From positions 3,136,001-3,200,000 of the forward strand of contig OY970296.1 in assembly GCA_963716175.1 (NCBI GenBank): DNA of 64,000 bases, written 5' to 3'. Position numbers and translations under genes: made by a program. The notes beneath the pieces are model-generated. The model was not told where the DNA came from, searched no databases, and saw only the letters and a list, made by a program, of their open reading frames with translations. This document shows, piece by piece, positions 20,552 through 31,253 of this stretch. This DNA is from an uncultured Armatimonadetes bacterium (lineage in GTDB: Bacteria > Armatimonadota > Hebobacteria > Hebobacterales > Hebobacteraceae). How positions within the stretch are numbered: the stretch's first letter is position 1; the number at the start of each line of letters is the position of its first letter.

Positions 20552-21676
20552 ATGGCCGAGGGACAGGACTATTACGAGATCCTGGGCGTTGACCGCAACG
20601 CCACTCAGGATCAGATCAAGCGGGCCTTCCGGCGTCTCGCCCGGCGTCATCATCCCGACGTCAGCCCTGAGGATCCCGAGGCCGAGGCCCGCTTCCGGGA
20701 GATCGCTGAAGCCTACCAGGCGCTCAGCGATCCGGAGCGGCGCGCCCAGTATGACCTCTACGGGCGGACGGGCCCTGCGGGCCCGTTGGCCGGCGACATC
20801 TGGGAAGAGCTGAGCGGCCTGGGCGGCCTGTTCGAAGCTTTCTTCGGCCCGCGCGCTCCAGCCCACCCGCGACTTCGACCGGGCGCGGACCTGCGCTACG
20901 ACTTGGAGGTTGAGCTGGCCGAGGTCGCCACCGGAGTGGAGAAGCGCATCGTCGTGGAGCGGCTGCGGGCCTGCGACACCTGCCAGGGAACCGGCAGCCG
21001 ATCGAAGTCGGGCCCCCAGCCTTGTCCCACCTGTCGCGGCTCTGGCCAGACGCGACACACTGCCGCTACCCCATTCGGCCATCTCTCCACGGTAAGCACC
21101 TGTGCCCAGTGCGGGGGGGCCGGAACCGTGATGCCGGACCCGTGCCCGGACTGCCGTGGGTCGGGCCGCCGCGCCGTCACCGGCGTGGTGCCTGTGAAGA
21201 TACCGGCGGGCGTCGAGCACGGAGCCACCCTCCGCCTCCACGGCGAAGGCGAGTCCGGCGAGCGAGGGGCCCGCGTGGGCGACCTCTACGTGGTGGTGCA
21301 CGTCAAACCGCACGAGATCTTCGAGCGCCAGGGCCGCGATCTGCAGTGCGTGGTGCCCATCGCCTTCACCACCGCCGCTCTCGGAGGCGTCGTGAGCGTG
21401 CCCACCCTGGCGGGCGGGACTGAGGAGCTGACCATCCCGCCGGGCACCCAGACTGGAGAGACATTCACATTGCTTGGGCTGGGCCTGCCCGATGCCCACA
21501 CCGGGGTGCGCGGCTCCCTCCACGTGACCGTGCGCGTGGTCACCCCCGCCCATCTCACCCCCCGCCAGCAAGAGCTGCTGTCCGAGTTCGCCGTGGAGGG
21601 GGGCGACCAGGTGGATGTCCCCAGGGGATGGTTTGCCCGGCTGCGCGACGCCCTGCGGGGAGAGGAAGGCGAATAG
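20552..21676 (+). CDS. dnaJ: Chaperone DnaJ
   Basis: J domain with HPD; four CxxCxGxG repeats. Confidence 0.95.
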   Translation: MAEGQDYYEILGVDRNATQDQIKRAFRRLARRHHPDVSPEDPEAEARFREIAEAYQALSDPERRAQYDLYGRTGPAGPLAGDIWEELSGLGGLFEAFFGPRAPAHPRLRPGADLRYDLEVELAEVATGVEKRIVVERLRACDTCQGTGSRSKSGPQPCPTCRGSGQTRHTAATPFGHLSTVSTCAQCGGAGTVMPDPCPDCRGSGRRAVTGVVPVKIPAGVEHGATLRLHGEGESGERGARVGDLYVVVHVKPHEIFERQGRDLQCVVPIAFTTAALGGVVSVPTLAGGTEELTIPPGTQTGETFTLLGLGLPDAHTGVRGSLHVTVRVVTPAHLTPRQQELLSEFAVEGGDQVDVPRGWFARLRDALRGEEGE

Positions 21677-21802
21677 GCCAGGCATCACCGCGGTGGCGCT
21701 CCCGGCATGGCCAGACCTGTGGGAGCCCCGTTCCGGAGCTCCCACGGCCTCTCTTGCGTTGTCCTTTGCGCCCTTCGCGCCACTGCGGTGGGTATTCCTG
21801 TC

Positions 21803-22800
21803 TTACAGCTTTACCTTCTCCGGCTCCCCTGACTCACCCGATTCCCAGGCCGCTTCCGTCAACTGGATCACCCGCAGCCCCCAGATCGGCGGAGTCTGCG
21901 GCTTGTCCTTGCCCAGGATGGAGTCCACGAAGTTCTTGTCCGCGCTGCCCTTGTACTTGACCGTGTCCGTCACATCCTTGGTCTCGGCACCCCAGCCCCT
22001 GGGGTCCGGCACCTGGTGCAGGATCCGGTCGTGGCGGATGTAGACCGCGCCCTTCTCGCCGTAGTAGGCCACTTCCTCCCACCACCCCGGCGCGTCGCCG
22101 ACGATGGAGATATTGCCGATCACCCCGCCCTTGAACTCGATGGTCAGCCCCGAGTTGATGTCCACCTTGCTCCCGCGGTTATCAATCTTGGCGTAAACGG
22201 TGGCCGGGGCAGATCGCTCACCCACAGGATGATGTCCAGCAGATGGCTGGCGGAGTCATTGAGCTGGCCGCCTCCGCTCAGGTCCGGCTGCTGACGCCAC
22301 GTTCCCTTCGTCCCCCGCAGCCATTCCTGCCCCTGCAGGGCGGAGATGAACTTGACCTTGCCGATCTTCCCCGATTGCACGATCTCTCGCGCCGCCCGGA
22401 AGGCCGGCGAGAAGTGACGCTGGTAGGAGATCATCAAGATGCGCTTCTTCTGCTCCGACTTCCTGATCACCGCCTTGGCGTGGGCAACCGTGCACACCAT
22501 CGGCTTCTCGGTCAGCACGTGCAGCCCCGCCCCGAGGCAGGTCATGATCTGCTCGTAGTGGATGGTGTGCGGGGAGGCGATGATCACGCCATCCAGGTCC
22601 ACCGCGCCGAGCATCTTGCGGTAATCCGCGAATGTGGGCAGGTTGGCCAGCTTGGGGTGGCGCTTCTTGAAGCCCGCCATCATGGTCCTGCTCGGATCCA
22701 TCAAGGCGGCGATGGTGGCCGACTTGACTGGCTCCAGTTGCTCCACGTGCATGCTCATGATCCCGCCGCATCCAATCAGCCCGACTCTGACTTTAGGCAT
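21803..22800 (-). CDS. Gfo/Idh/MocA oxidoreductase, frameshifted near 22200-22220
   Basis: GLIGCGGI, HVLTEKPM, GGGQLND..H in one ORF; C-terminus in ORF 21803-22225. Confidence 0.85.
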
Positions 22801-23015
22801 GTTCTGTGTTTCCTCCGAAGTATTCGGCCGGCCGTACAAGCTCCCCGGCTGGCGCGCCGGGCGTTGTTCTCTGGTAGTGCTGTTTCTTCCTTCCGCGCCG
22901 GCAGGCGTAAGAGGACAGCCACGAGGTCCGACGAGCCGTTGACCGCCATGGGCTCCCGGCGTACACTGCGGACAAAGGTGAGAGGCGAAGGGGCGGCACC
23001 AGAGGAGCGAGAGGA

Positions 23016-23372
23016 ATGAGCAGAGGCAAGTGGGTGCTAGTTCTGATAGTTGTCGTGGTGCTAGCGGTGGTCGCGGGGGCGTACGCGGCGGGTAAAGCGA
23101 AGTTGCTGCCGGGTGCGCTGGGGGGCTTCAAGATCAGTGTAGCTCGATTCGACGAGAGCCTAGGGAGCAGACCCCTCCCAACCATCCCAAAGAGTTGGCG
23201 ATTTGTCGGCGTCAGCAACGGCAGGGCGATGAACTCGAATGCCTTGTGGTTTCAGAGCCCGGATGGCAACATCTACAGGGTTGAGGGTTTCGTCAACAGC
23301 GACAAGAGCTTCGCCAGTTACGGTAAGTTCACCCTCGAAGAGGATATTGCCAAGATAGCGGCGGGGGAATAA
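23016..23372 (+). CDS. Small secreted hypothetical protein
   Basis: Signal peptide ending AYAAGKA; lower GC. Confidence 0.75.
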   Translation: MSRGKWVLVLIVVVVLAVVAGAYAAGKAKLLPGALGGFKISVARFDESLGSRPLPTIPKSWRFVGVSNGRAMNSNALWFQSPDGNIYRVEGFVNSDKSFASYGKFTLEEDIAKIAAGE

Positions 23373-23392
23373 GGAGCGAGGAGACGAGGAAG

Positions 23393-23563
23393 ATGCGTAC
23401 TTGGCGGTGGTACTCGAAGGTGCTACTCGGACTGTTGATTCTCGCGTTCGCCTACTACGTCTGGCCGACGCCGTGGAGGTATGATATGACCCGGGGTTCA
23501 CAAAGCATTCCCTTCCGGATAAACCGATTCACTGGGGACGCCGAGATGATAATCCCCCACTAG
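23393..23563 (+). CDS. 56-aa membrane-anchored small protein (not in ORF track)
   Basis: GAGGA RBS; MRTWRWYSKVLLGLLILAFAYYVWPTPWRY..RINRFTGDAEMIIPH. Confidence 0.65.
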   Translation: MRTWRWYSKVLLGLLILAFAYYVWPTPWRYDMTRGSQSIPFRINRFTGDAEMIIPH

Positions 23564-23623
23564 GAGCCAGACCTTTTTCCGGCAAGCAGCGCAGAAAGGG
23601 CAGCGCCAGAGGAGGCGAGGAAG

Positions 23624-24262
23624 ATGAGCAAGGCCAAGTGGGCGATTGTGCTGGCGGTTATCGTGGCGCTGGCTGTGGCGGCGGCCTATGCCGCGGGGAA
23701 GGCGACGGCGCGGGAGGTGGTGAGGGCACAGGCGTTCGAGCTGGTGGACGCGGAGGGGAGGACGCGCGCAATGCTGGCATTGGTGAACCGCCAGCCGCAC
23801 CTTGTGTTCGTCGACGAGCAGGGCAAGCCGCGCGCCGGGCTGGGACTACACACCGACGGCACCCCTGGACTGCAGCTCCGCGACGAGAAGGGCAAGGCGC
23901 GCGCCGACCTGGGAATCTTTACCGACGGCACCCCTGGACTGCACCTCCGCGACGAGAAGGGCAAGGCGCGCGCCGGGCTGACGATGCTTCCCGACGGTAG
24001 CCCGAACCTGCGGCTATTCGATGAGAAGGGCGAGGACCGCGCCGGACTGATGCTGCTGGCCGGCGGCAACCCGAGCCTGGGGCTCTTCGACGCGAAGGGC
24101 AAGGGGTGCGCCATGCTGGCAGTGCTTCCCGACGGTAGCCCGAGCCTAGAGCTACTCGACAAGAAGGGCGAGGTGCACGCCATGCTGTTGCTCCTTCCCG
24201 GCGGCACCCCGAGCCTGGTACTCAGCGACGAGAGGGGTGAGGTGATCTGGAGGGCGCCGTAG
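23624..24262 (+). CDS. Secreted protein with ~22-aa beta-hairpin repeats
   Basis: Repeated RAxLxxxxDGxPxLxLxDEKG; signal peptide. Confidence 0.8.
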   Translation: MSKAKWAIVLAVIVALAVAAAYAAGKATAREVVRAQAFELVDAEGRTRAMLALVNRQPHLVFVDEQGKPRAGLGLHTDGTPGLQLRDEKGKARADLGIFTDGTPGLHLRDEKGKARAGLTMLPDGSPNLRLFDEKGEDRAGLMLLAGGNPSLGLFDAKGKGCAMLAVLPDGSPSLELLDKKGEVHAMLLLLPGGTPSLVLSDERGEVIWRAP

Positions 24263-24598
24263 GCTGGGGCGAACGATTTGGCGTCCGGGGCCACGTGCAC
24301 GGTGGTCTCACTGGCCCAGCCCGGCACGCGCTGCCGTGAGCTGCTCTTCACGGACGGAGATCGAGAACGCCACCAGCGGCTTGACGCCGACCCGCACTGC
24401 CATGCTTCTTCGATCTGCCGATGTAACAGGACGACCAGGGGGTGGCATGACCCTCCCCTTGCGTGGCAGTCTGTCGCCCCTTGGGGGCGAACGCAGGTTG
24501 TGGTCACACCTGGCGGCGCTGACCACAAACCTAGCGCCACCCGCAAGATGCACTCTCCTCCAGTGGCGTGGGTATGTCACGAGCGGCAAGGCAAGTGA

Positions 24599-25501
24599 CT
24601 ACCCGCGCAGGCACGCTGGAGGCGTGCCTGACCCGCCCTGCCCTTCCCCCTCCGCTTCCTCAGGTCTGCCCTCCTCTGCCGCGCGCAGGTGCGGGCAGCC
24701 GGGCTTGTGTTGGGCGACGGCGGCCGTGGGCAGATCAATCTGTCCGCCCTCATCCAACGTGACCACCACGCGGTTGCGCAGCACGTTGATCTCGGTGATC
24801 TTGCCCGGGCCCTTGGTGGTCTCGATCCGGCTGCCCACCTTGGGCAGGCACTGCTTCGCCTCCCGGTAGTGGGCGTACTCGAAGTTGAGGCAGCACATCA
24901 GCCGGCCGCAGGCGCCGGAGATCTTCTGCGGGTTGAGCGAGAGGTCTTGCTCCTTCGCCATCTTGATGCCCACCGGGTCGAACTCGGTGAGGAAGGTGGC
25001 GCAGCACAGCGGCCGGCCGCAGGGCCCCAGTCCGCCCCGCAGCTTGGCCTCATCTCGCACCCCCACCTGGTGCAGCTCGATGCGCGTCCGCAGCGCCTGA
25101 GCCAGGTCTCGCACCAGGGCCCTGAAGTCCACCCGGCGCTCGGCGCTGAAATGAAACACGATGCGGCCTCCGTCCAGCGTGCTCTCGGCCGCGATCAGCT
25201 TCATCGGCAGCTCGTGCTCGGCGACCTTGCAGGCCGCCACCTCCATCGCCTCCTGCTCCCGCACCAGGTTATCCTGGGAGCGGCCTATATCATCCTCTGT
25301 GGCCTTGCGCTCGATGGGCTTGAGGTCGCTGTTGGCCTCCCGCTCCGACAGCTCTCTGGGGGCGCTGCGCACCGCGCCCAGCTCCAATCCCCGTGTGGTG
25401 CGGGCGACCACCTGGTCGCCCGGGACCAGCTCCAAGTTGCCCACTTCGAATCGGTAGAGCCGGCCGCCTGGGCGGAAGCATATGTCAGCAACTCGCGGCA
25501 T
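24599..25501 (-). CDS. ricT: PSP1-domain protein RicT/YaaT
   Basis: RVDFRALVRDLA, GPCGRPLCC, SGACGRLMCCL. Confidence 0.93.
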   Translation of the reverse strand: MPRVADICFRPGGRLYRFEVGNLELVPGDQVVARTTRGLELGAVRSAPRELSEREANSDLKPIERKATEDDIGRSQDNLVREQEAMEVAACKVAEHELPMKLIAAESTLDGGRIVFHFSAERRVDFRALVRDLAQALRTRIELHQVGVRDEAKLRGGLGPCGRPLCCATFLTEFDPVGIKMAKEQDLSLNPQKISGACGRLMCCLNFEYAHYREAKQCLPKVGSRIETTKGPGKITEINVLRNRVVVTLDEGGQIDLPTAAVAQHKPGCPHLRAAEEGRPEEAEGEGQGGSGTPPACLRG

Positions 25502-25629
25502 TGTCCTTTCTCCTCAACTCCATATGGCAGGGGCCAGCCCCTGCCCAGCTACGGCCGGCGGCGATGCTCGCCCGCCCCCGGCGGACTTCGCATGGCCGCC
25601 CTACAATGGCCGGCGGGCGAATATTCCTG

Positions 25630-28600
25630 CTACAGTCTGGCGATCGCTTGCTCGCGCCGGTCATGGCGCCGCGCCTCCTCGGTCAGCGGCAGCAGCGCGA
25701 GCTGATCCAACACCTGCTCCAGTCGGGTGAAGAGCCCGTTGGTGTCTGCCTTTCGCCGCGAGACCACCACCCGGTCGTGCTGGGTGAGGGCCAGCCAGAT
25801 CCTCATCTCGGCCGGCAGGGCGCGCTGCAGCTTCTGCACCAGCAGCGCGGTCAGCCGCCGGTCATCGGTGAGGCGCAGAGACATCAGGTTGAGCTCGGTG
25901 GTGATGCTTTGGACCCCCGCGGCCGCACACCGCACCTTGAGCCGCGCCAGCCGCACCAGGTTCTGCACTGGCTCGGGCGGAGGCCGGCCGAAGCGGTCGG
26001 CGATCTCAGCCTCCAATGCTTCCAGCCGCTGCTGATCGGGCGCGCTGGCCAGCCTTCGGTAGAGGTCTATCCGCTGGTTGAGGTCGGGCGCGTAGTCGGC
26101 CGGCAGATAGGCCTCCACCGGAAGGTCCACGCTCACCTGCGGCCGCTCCACCGGGGCCTCTCCCTTCGCCTCCTGCACCGCGTCCTGCAGCATCTGCAGG
26201 TAGAGCTCCAACCCCACCGCGCTGACGAACCCGTGCTGCTCGGGCCCCAGCAGATTGCCCGCCCCCCGGATCTCGAGATCCCGCATCGCGATCTTGAACC
26301 CGGAGCCCAGCTCGGAGAACTCGCGGATGGCGGCGATCCGCTTCTCCGCCTGCTCGGTGAGCCGCTTGAAGGGCGTCCACATCAGATAGGCGTAGGCCTG
26401 CCGGTTCGAGCGCCCCACCCGCCCCCGAAGCTGATAGAGCTGAGCCAGCCCCAGGCGGTCGGAATCGCTCACCACCAGGGTGTTCGCGTTCGGGATATCC
26501 AAACCATTCTCCACGATGGTCGTGCACACCAGCACCTGCGCGTCCCCAGTGTAGAAATCGAGCATCGCGCTCTCGAGCTGGCGCTCCTCCATTTGGCCGT
26601 GAGCCACCACGAACCGGGCGTGTGGGATGAGCTGGCGCACATGCTGGGCCACGTGGTTGATGGACTCGACCCGGTTGTGCACGTAGTAGACCTGCCCGCC
26701 CCGGTCCAGCTCCCGCAAGATCGCTTCCCGCACAATGCCGTCGTCTCGCTCCAGGGCGCGGGTGATGATGGCGGTGCGTCCCTCCGGCGGATCGTTGATC
26801 AGGCTCATGTCGCGAATCCCGCTGAGCGCCATGTGCAGGGTGCGCGGGATCGGCGTCGCGGTCATGGTGAGCACGTCCACGGTGGCCCGGAGCTGCTTGA
26901 GCTTCTCCTTATGCCTCACCCCGAAGCGCTGCTCCTCGTCCACCACCACCAGCCCCAGGTCCTTGAACTTGATGTCCCGGGAGAGCAGGCGATGGGTGCC
27001 GATGATGATGTCCACTGCGCCGGCCGCCAAGTCGGCCACGGTCCGAGTCTGCTGCTTGCGGCTGCGGAACCGGCTGAGTAGCTCTACCCGCACCGGATAG
27101 GGCACCAGGCGCTCTCTGAAGGTGGTATAGTGCTGCTGCGCCAGGACCGTGGTGGGCACCAGCACCGCCACCTGCTTGCCGTCCATCACCGCTTTGAAGG
27201 CGGCGCGAATCGCCACCTCCGTCTTGCCGTATCCGACATCGCCGCAGATCAGCCGATCCATGGGGCGAGGGGTCTCCATGTCCTGCTTCACCGCCTCAAT
27301 CGCGGTTAGCTGGTCAGGCGTCTCTTCGTATTCGAAGCCATCCTCCATCTCGCGCTGCCAGGGCGTGTCAGGCGCGAAGGCATGGCCGGGTTGGCGCTGC
27401 CGCGCGGCGTAGATGCGAACCAACTCCTCGGCCAGCTCCTGGGCCGACTTCTTGGCGCGGCGCTTGGTGCGCTCCCATTCGCTGCCCCCGAGGCGGTGGA
27501 CCTGGGGGCGCTCCTCCTCCCCACCCAGGTACTTCTGCACCCGGTCGAACTGATCGGTGGGCACGTAGAGGCGGTCATTCTCCGCGTACTCCACCAGCAG
27601 GAACTCCCGCTCTGCGTCCTCGGCCGTGCGCCGCACCAGCCCCCGGTAGATCCCGATCCCGTGGTTGATGTGGACTACGTAGTCACCGGGGTTGAGGTCG
27701 GTGAGCGACCCGATGGGCACGCCCTCCGCCGCCCGGCGGCGGAGGGGCCGCCGCAGCCTGCGCCACCCGAAGATCTCACGATCGGTGAGGGCGGCCAGGC
27801 CCACGCTCGGCAGATGAAAGCCCTCGTTCAGAGGCCGCTCGGAGATCACGATCTGCCCGGGCCGAGGCTCCACCCCCGGCTCCTCCCGCACCATCCCGCC
27901 CATCCCGAACTCGTCCAGCACCTCGATCAGCCGATCCGCCTGGCGGGTGGCGATCAGCACTCGCGCGGAGAGCTGCTGCCATCGCCGCAAGTCGCGGGTC
28001 AGCCGCTCGAAGTCGCCCGCGAACTCGTCCATCCGCTGGGAGGAGATGCCTACCCGCCGCGTGCCGCGCTTCTCCGGAGTCCCACCTACCAGGCAGAGCT
28101 CGATCACCCGCGACTTATCGAGTCTCCGCTGCGCCCCCTCCAGCGGGAGATGCAGGGCATCCGGCAGAGGGAGCAGCAGGCCCTGATCGAGGCGGGAGAC
28201 CCCGACCTCCACCAGGTCTTGCTGGAACTCATTGTAGTGGTCCACCAGCCGGCCCGGCTCGTCCACCACGATGGTGGCCTGAGGCGGGAGATAGTCGAGG
28301 GCGGTGGCCGGCTCCGGGTAGAGGAACGGAAGGAAGTACTCCAAGCCTCGCGCATAGGCTTGTTGCCGGAGCGCCTCCAGCAGGTCGCGAATGCGCTCCT
28401 CCAGCCGCTCCGCCTCCAGGTCCTTGCCATCGGCGCGGAGGACCTCCGCCTGTTGGGCCAAGGCCTGCTCGATCCGCGGCACCGCGCGGGCCACTGCCTC
28501 CTCGGTAAGCAGCACCTCCCGCGCCGGCAGCACTGACACCCTCTCCACCGGAGCGATCGAGCGCTGAGTCCCCGGATCGAAGGTGCGAATGGACTCGATC

Positions 28601-29214
28601 TCCTCCCCAAACAGCTCCACTCGCACCGGCCAGGGAGCGCCCGTCGGATAGATATCTACCACCCCGCCGCGGACCCCGATCTCCCCGGGGGCCTCCACCA
28701 TCTCCTCCCGCTGATAGCCCAGCTCGAGCAGGCGACGTACCAGGGCCTCGCGGTCCACCGAGTCTCCGACCGTGAACGAGAGGAAGGCGGACCGCATCGC
28801 CTCCGGCGGCAGGCAGCGCTGGAACGCGGCCGGCGCGCTCGCCACGACCACCACCGGCTCCCCGTCGAGGAGCTTCCTCAGCGCGAGCTGGCGGTCTCCC
28901 ACCAGACGGGGATCGGGCGCGATGTCCTCAAAGAGCAGCGCCTCCAGGGAGGGGAGCTGCAGGACGGGCGTTCCCACGCCCGCCTCGGGGGCCACCGCGA
29001 GAATGTCCTCGTACAACCGCTCTGCTGATTCGCTGGTGGCCGAGATCACCAGTAACGGGCCCCGGGAGGCGCGTGCGAGCCTGGCGATGACCAAAGCCTT
29101 GACCGGCTCGATCACCCCATCCACGCGCACTCGGGAGACGCCCGGCGACGCGAGCCCCTCCTCGATCTTGCCCAGATCCGCCCAGTCGTCGAGGGCGGAC
29201 AACAACCAGCTCAT
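25630..29214 (-). CDS. mfd: Transcription-repair coupling factor
   Basis: YVVHINHGIG, GDVGYGKT, DEEQRFGV, TATPIPRT, QLRGRVGR. Confidence 0.98.
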   Translation of the reverse strand: MSWLLSALDDWADLGKIEEGLASPGVSRVRVDGVIEPVKALVIARLARASRGPLLVISATSESAERLYEDILAVAPEAGVGTPVLQLPSLEALLFEDIAPDPRLVGDRQLALRKLLDGEPVVVVASAPAAFQRCLPPEAMRSAFLSFTVGDSVDREALVRRLLELGYQREEMVEAPGEIGVRGGVVDIYPTGAPWPVRVELFGEEIESIRTFDPGTQRSIAPVERVSVLPAREVLLTEEAVARAVPRIEQALAQQAEVLRADGKDLEAERLEERIRDLLEALRQQAYARGLEYFLPFLYPEPATALDYLPPQATIVVDEPGRLVDHYNEFQQDLVEVGVSRLDQGLLLPLPDALHLPLEGAQRRLDKSRVIELCLVGGTPEKRGTRRVGISSQRMDEFAGDFERLTRDLRRWQQLSARVLIATRQADRLIEVLDEFGMGGMVREEPGVEPRPGQIVISERPLNEGFHLPSVGLAALTDREIFGWRRLRRPLRRRAAEGVPIGSLTDLNPGDYVVHINHGIGIYRGLVRRTAEDAEREFLLVEYAENDRLYVPTDQFDRVQKYLGGEEERPQVHRLGGSEWERTKRRAKKSAQELAEELVRIYAARQRQPGHAFAPDTPWQREMEDGFEYEETPDQLTAIEAVKQDMETPRPMDRLICGDVGYGKTEVAIRAAFKAVMDGKQVAVLVPTTVLAQQHYTTFRERLVPYPVRVELLSRFRSRKQQTRTVADLAAGAVDIIIGTHRLLSRDIKFKDLGLVVVDEEQRFGVRHKEKLKQLRATVDVLTMTATPIPRTLHMALSGIRDMSLINDPPEGRTAIITRALERDDGIVREAILRELDRGGQVYYVHNRVESINHVAQHVRQLIPHARFVVAHGQMEERQLESAMLDFYTGDAQVLVCTTIVENGLDIPNANTLVVSDSDRLGLAQLYQLRGRVGRSNRQAYAYLMWTPFKRLTEQAEKRIAAIREFSELGSGFKIAMRDLEIRGAGNLLGPEQHGFVSAVGLELYLQMLQDAVQEAKGEAPVERPQVSVDLPVEAYLPADYAPDLNQRIDLYRRLASAPDQQRLEALEAEIADRFGRPPPEPVQNLVRLARLKVRCAAAGVQSITTELNLMSLRLTDDRRLTALLVQKLQRALPAEMRIWLALTQHDRVVVSRRKADTNGLFTRLEQVLDQLALLPLTEEARRHDRREQAIARL

Positions 29215-29223
29215 CTCAGTTCG

Positions 29224-29253
29224 AGTATAGCACTGAGGTCTACGGGCAGTCAA
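29224..29253 (-). promoter_or_regulatory. mfd promoter
   Basis: TTGACT-N18-TATACT with extended TG. Confidence 0.7.
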
Positions 29254-29266
29254 CGAAATGGCCTCT

Positions 29267-29381
29267 GTAGGGCGGGCATGTCGGAGGGCAGCTCTGATGC
29301 CCGGAGCATGCCCGCCGTCTCCCGCTTGCGGCGGGCATGCGTCCACCCGCGGCCGGCGGGTGTCCGACATGCCCGCCCCAC
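29267..29381. repeat. GTAG-type REP doublet (REPIN-like)
   Basis: Outer IR GTAGGGCGGGCATGTCGGA / TCCGACATGCCCGCCCCAC (18/19). Confidence 0.75.
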
Positions 29382-29450
29382 AGTAGGGCCGAGGAGGAAT
29401 GAGAGCCCCTGCCACTGAATCCTCGCGGCAGCCCCGAAGGGAGTAACGCA

Positions 29451-31253
29451 GTGGTCCAATTCGAAGCGTCTGCCGCTTTCACATTCGTGGCTGTCGCACT
29501 CGCGTTCTCGCAGATGTGTGGCGCCGGAGGCAAGGTGGAGCCGGACTCAGGCGGGAGGGTCATCTACGTCGCGCTCGGCGGCAAGGCTGGCGCGGCCGGT
29601 ACGCGGGAGGCGCCCCTTGGACGGGTGCAAGCGGCCCTGGAGCTCGCCCGCGCTGCGGACAGCGTGCACCTCGCTGCCGGCGTGTATAGGGAGCGGGTCG
29701 CGTTCAAGCATGGCGGCGTGTACGGGAAGCCCGTCACCCTGGAGGGAGATCCCGGCGCCGTGCTCGATGGCAGCGAGCCGGTGGCGCTGCACTGGACGCG
29801 TGCCGAGGATATCGCGCCCGGCGTCTGGCGCGCCAGCGTGTCATTCTTCCCCTTCACGGTCACGGCCGATGGCAAGCTCGTTACGGCTCTGGACGAAGAG
29901 CGCGTGGATCCGAAGCAGACCGAGAAGACGGAGTGGCAATGGCCCAACATCTTCAAGAACGGCGTCGGCCCCTCAAAATGGGAGGGCGTGAAGGCGCTGG
30001 TGATGTACCGGCACGAGCAGCACGAACTGCTGATCCGGTTCAAGCAGAACCTTGACCCGCGCACGATGGCCATCACGGTTGCGCCGCAGGAGCCGGTCGT
30101 CCGCATCTCCGGCACGAATCGCTGCGTCGTCCGCGGGCTGGCGCTCCGCAACGCGACCTACGGCGTCCGCATCGAGAATTCAGTGGGGTCGGTTGTTGAG
30201 AACTGCGTCATCGGCCCCACCGACTTTGGCGTGATGATGGGGGACGGCGCTGACCGGTGCACGATCCGGTTCAATGAGATCTTCATGAACCCATATGCGG
30301 GCGCCAGCCCGAAACTCGAGGGATCCTGGGATAACTGGCTGGCCCATAAGGAGGGCGGCTTCTACGATCGCACCGGCATCTCCGTGCTCGCCTCTGCGGG
30401 CGGCCACCAGATCCACGACAACTACATCCACGATCACTGGGACGGAATCGAGGACCTGTTCTACCACGAGGAGAAGGGCCGCGACCACGATCTCAACATC
30501 CACCACAATCGCATCTTCAACATCTCCGATGATGGTCTGGAGCCCAACGGCGAAGAGGTCAACTGCGAGTGGCATGACAACATCGTCGAGGGCTGCATCT
30601 GCGGCTTCCGCATCAAGGCCCCGCGGGTCGGTCCGCTCTACGCTTACCGCAATATCTTCCTCGACAACGGCGAGGACTACCGGAATTTCGGCGGCGGCAA
30701 CCCCATGCTGCCCGCGACCGTCTATGTCTACCAGAACACCTCCACCGCGAAGCCAGCAATCAGTCACTCGGAGATCACCGGCATCGGCACCCCCAACTAC
30801 CATTTCTACAACAACCTGTTCTGGTGCGAGTATCCGCTCATGGTGTCGCGCCGGTCTACGCCGCCCAACTGGACCGCCGACTACAACGTCTACGTCCGCA
30901 GGGAGGACGACGACCGCTGGCAGGAGCGAAAGCAGCAGGTGGAGAGCATGAAGCAGGATGCGCACAGCCTCTGGGTCGAGACCGGCGGCCCTGGGTTCGC
31001 GGACTTCACCAAGCAAGATGTCAGCTTGACTCCCGACAGCCCCGCCCGGGCCCGAGGCGCGGACCTCTCGAAGCTTTTCGGCAAACCTCTGCCGGGTTGC
31101 GAGCCGGGTTACTTCACAGGCCCCGCTCCCGACTGCGGGGCGCTCCAGTTCGGCCAGCCCATGCCGCGGGTGCCGCGAAGGCCGGAGGAGGTGAATGCTC
31201 CGCCCGCAGGCTCCTGGCCCGGGCCGGAAGCGGATTCGCCGGCGCCTCTGTAG
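29451..31253 (+). CDS. Secreted right-handed parallel beta-helix (pectin-lyase fold) protein
   Basis: GTREAPLGRV..AAGVYRE; Asn-rich IHHN/HDN repeats; PDCGA C-terminal motif. Confidence 0.85.
   Translation: MVQFEASAAFTFVAVALAFSQMCGAGGKVEPDSGGRVIYVALGGKAGAAGTREAPLGRVQAALELARAADSVHLAAGVYRERVAFKHGGVYGKPVTLEGDPGAVLDGSEPVALHWTRAEDIAPGVWRASVSFFPFTVTADGKLVTALDEERVDPKQTEKTEWQWPNIFKNGVGPSKWEGVKALVMYRHEQHELLIRFKQNLDPRTMAITVAPQEPVVRISGTNRCVVRGLALRNATYGVRIENSVGSVVENCVIGPTDFGVMMGDGADRCTIRFNEIFMNPYAGASPKLEGSWDNWLAHKEGGFYDRTGISVLASAGGHQIHDNYIHDHWDGIEDLFYHEEKGRDHDLNIHHNRIFNISDDGLEPNGEEVNCEWHDNIVEGCICGFRIKAPRVGPLYAYRNIFLDNGEDYRNFGGGNPMLPATVYVYQNTSTAKPAISHSEITGIGTPNYHFYNNLFWCEYPLMVSRRSTPPNWTADYNVYVRREDDDRWQERKQQVESMKQDAHSLWVETGGPGFADFTKQDVSLTPDSPARARGADLSKLFGKPLPGCEPGYFTGPAPDCGALQFGQPMPRVPRRPEEVNAPPAGSWPGPEADSPAPL

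Noticed and set aside
23840-23985. 66-bp DNA repeat in the 23624 gene as a mobile or non-coding repeat
   Set aside because: In-frame duplication of the protein's 22-aa repeat.
25393-28536. Long antisense ORFs opposite mfd, atpA, atpD, ribBA and others
   Set aside because: Shadow ORFs expected from high-GC codon bias; no recognisable motifs.
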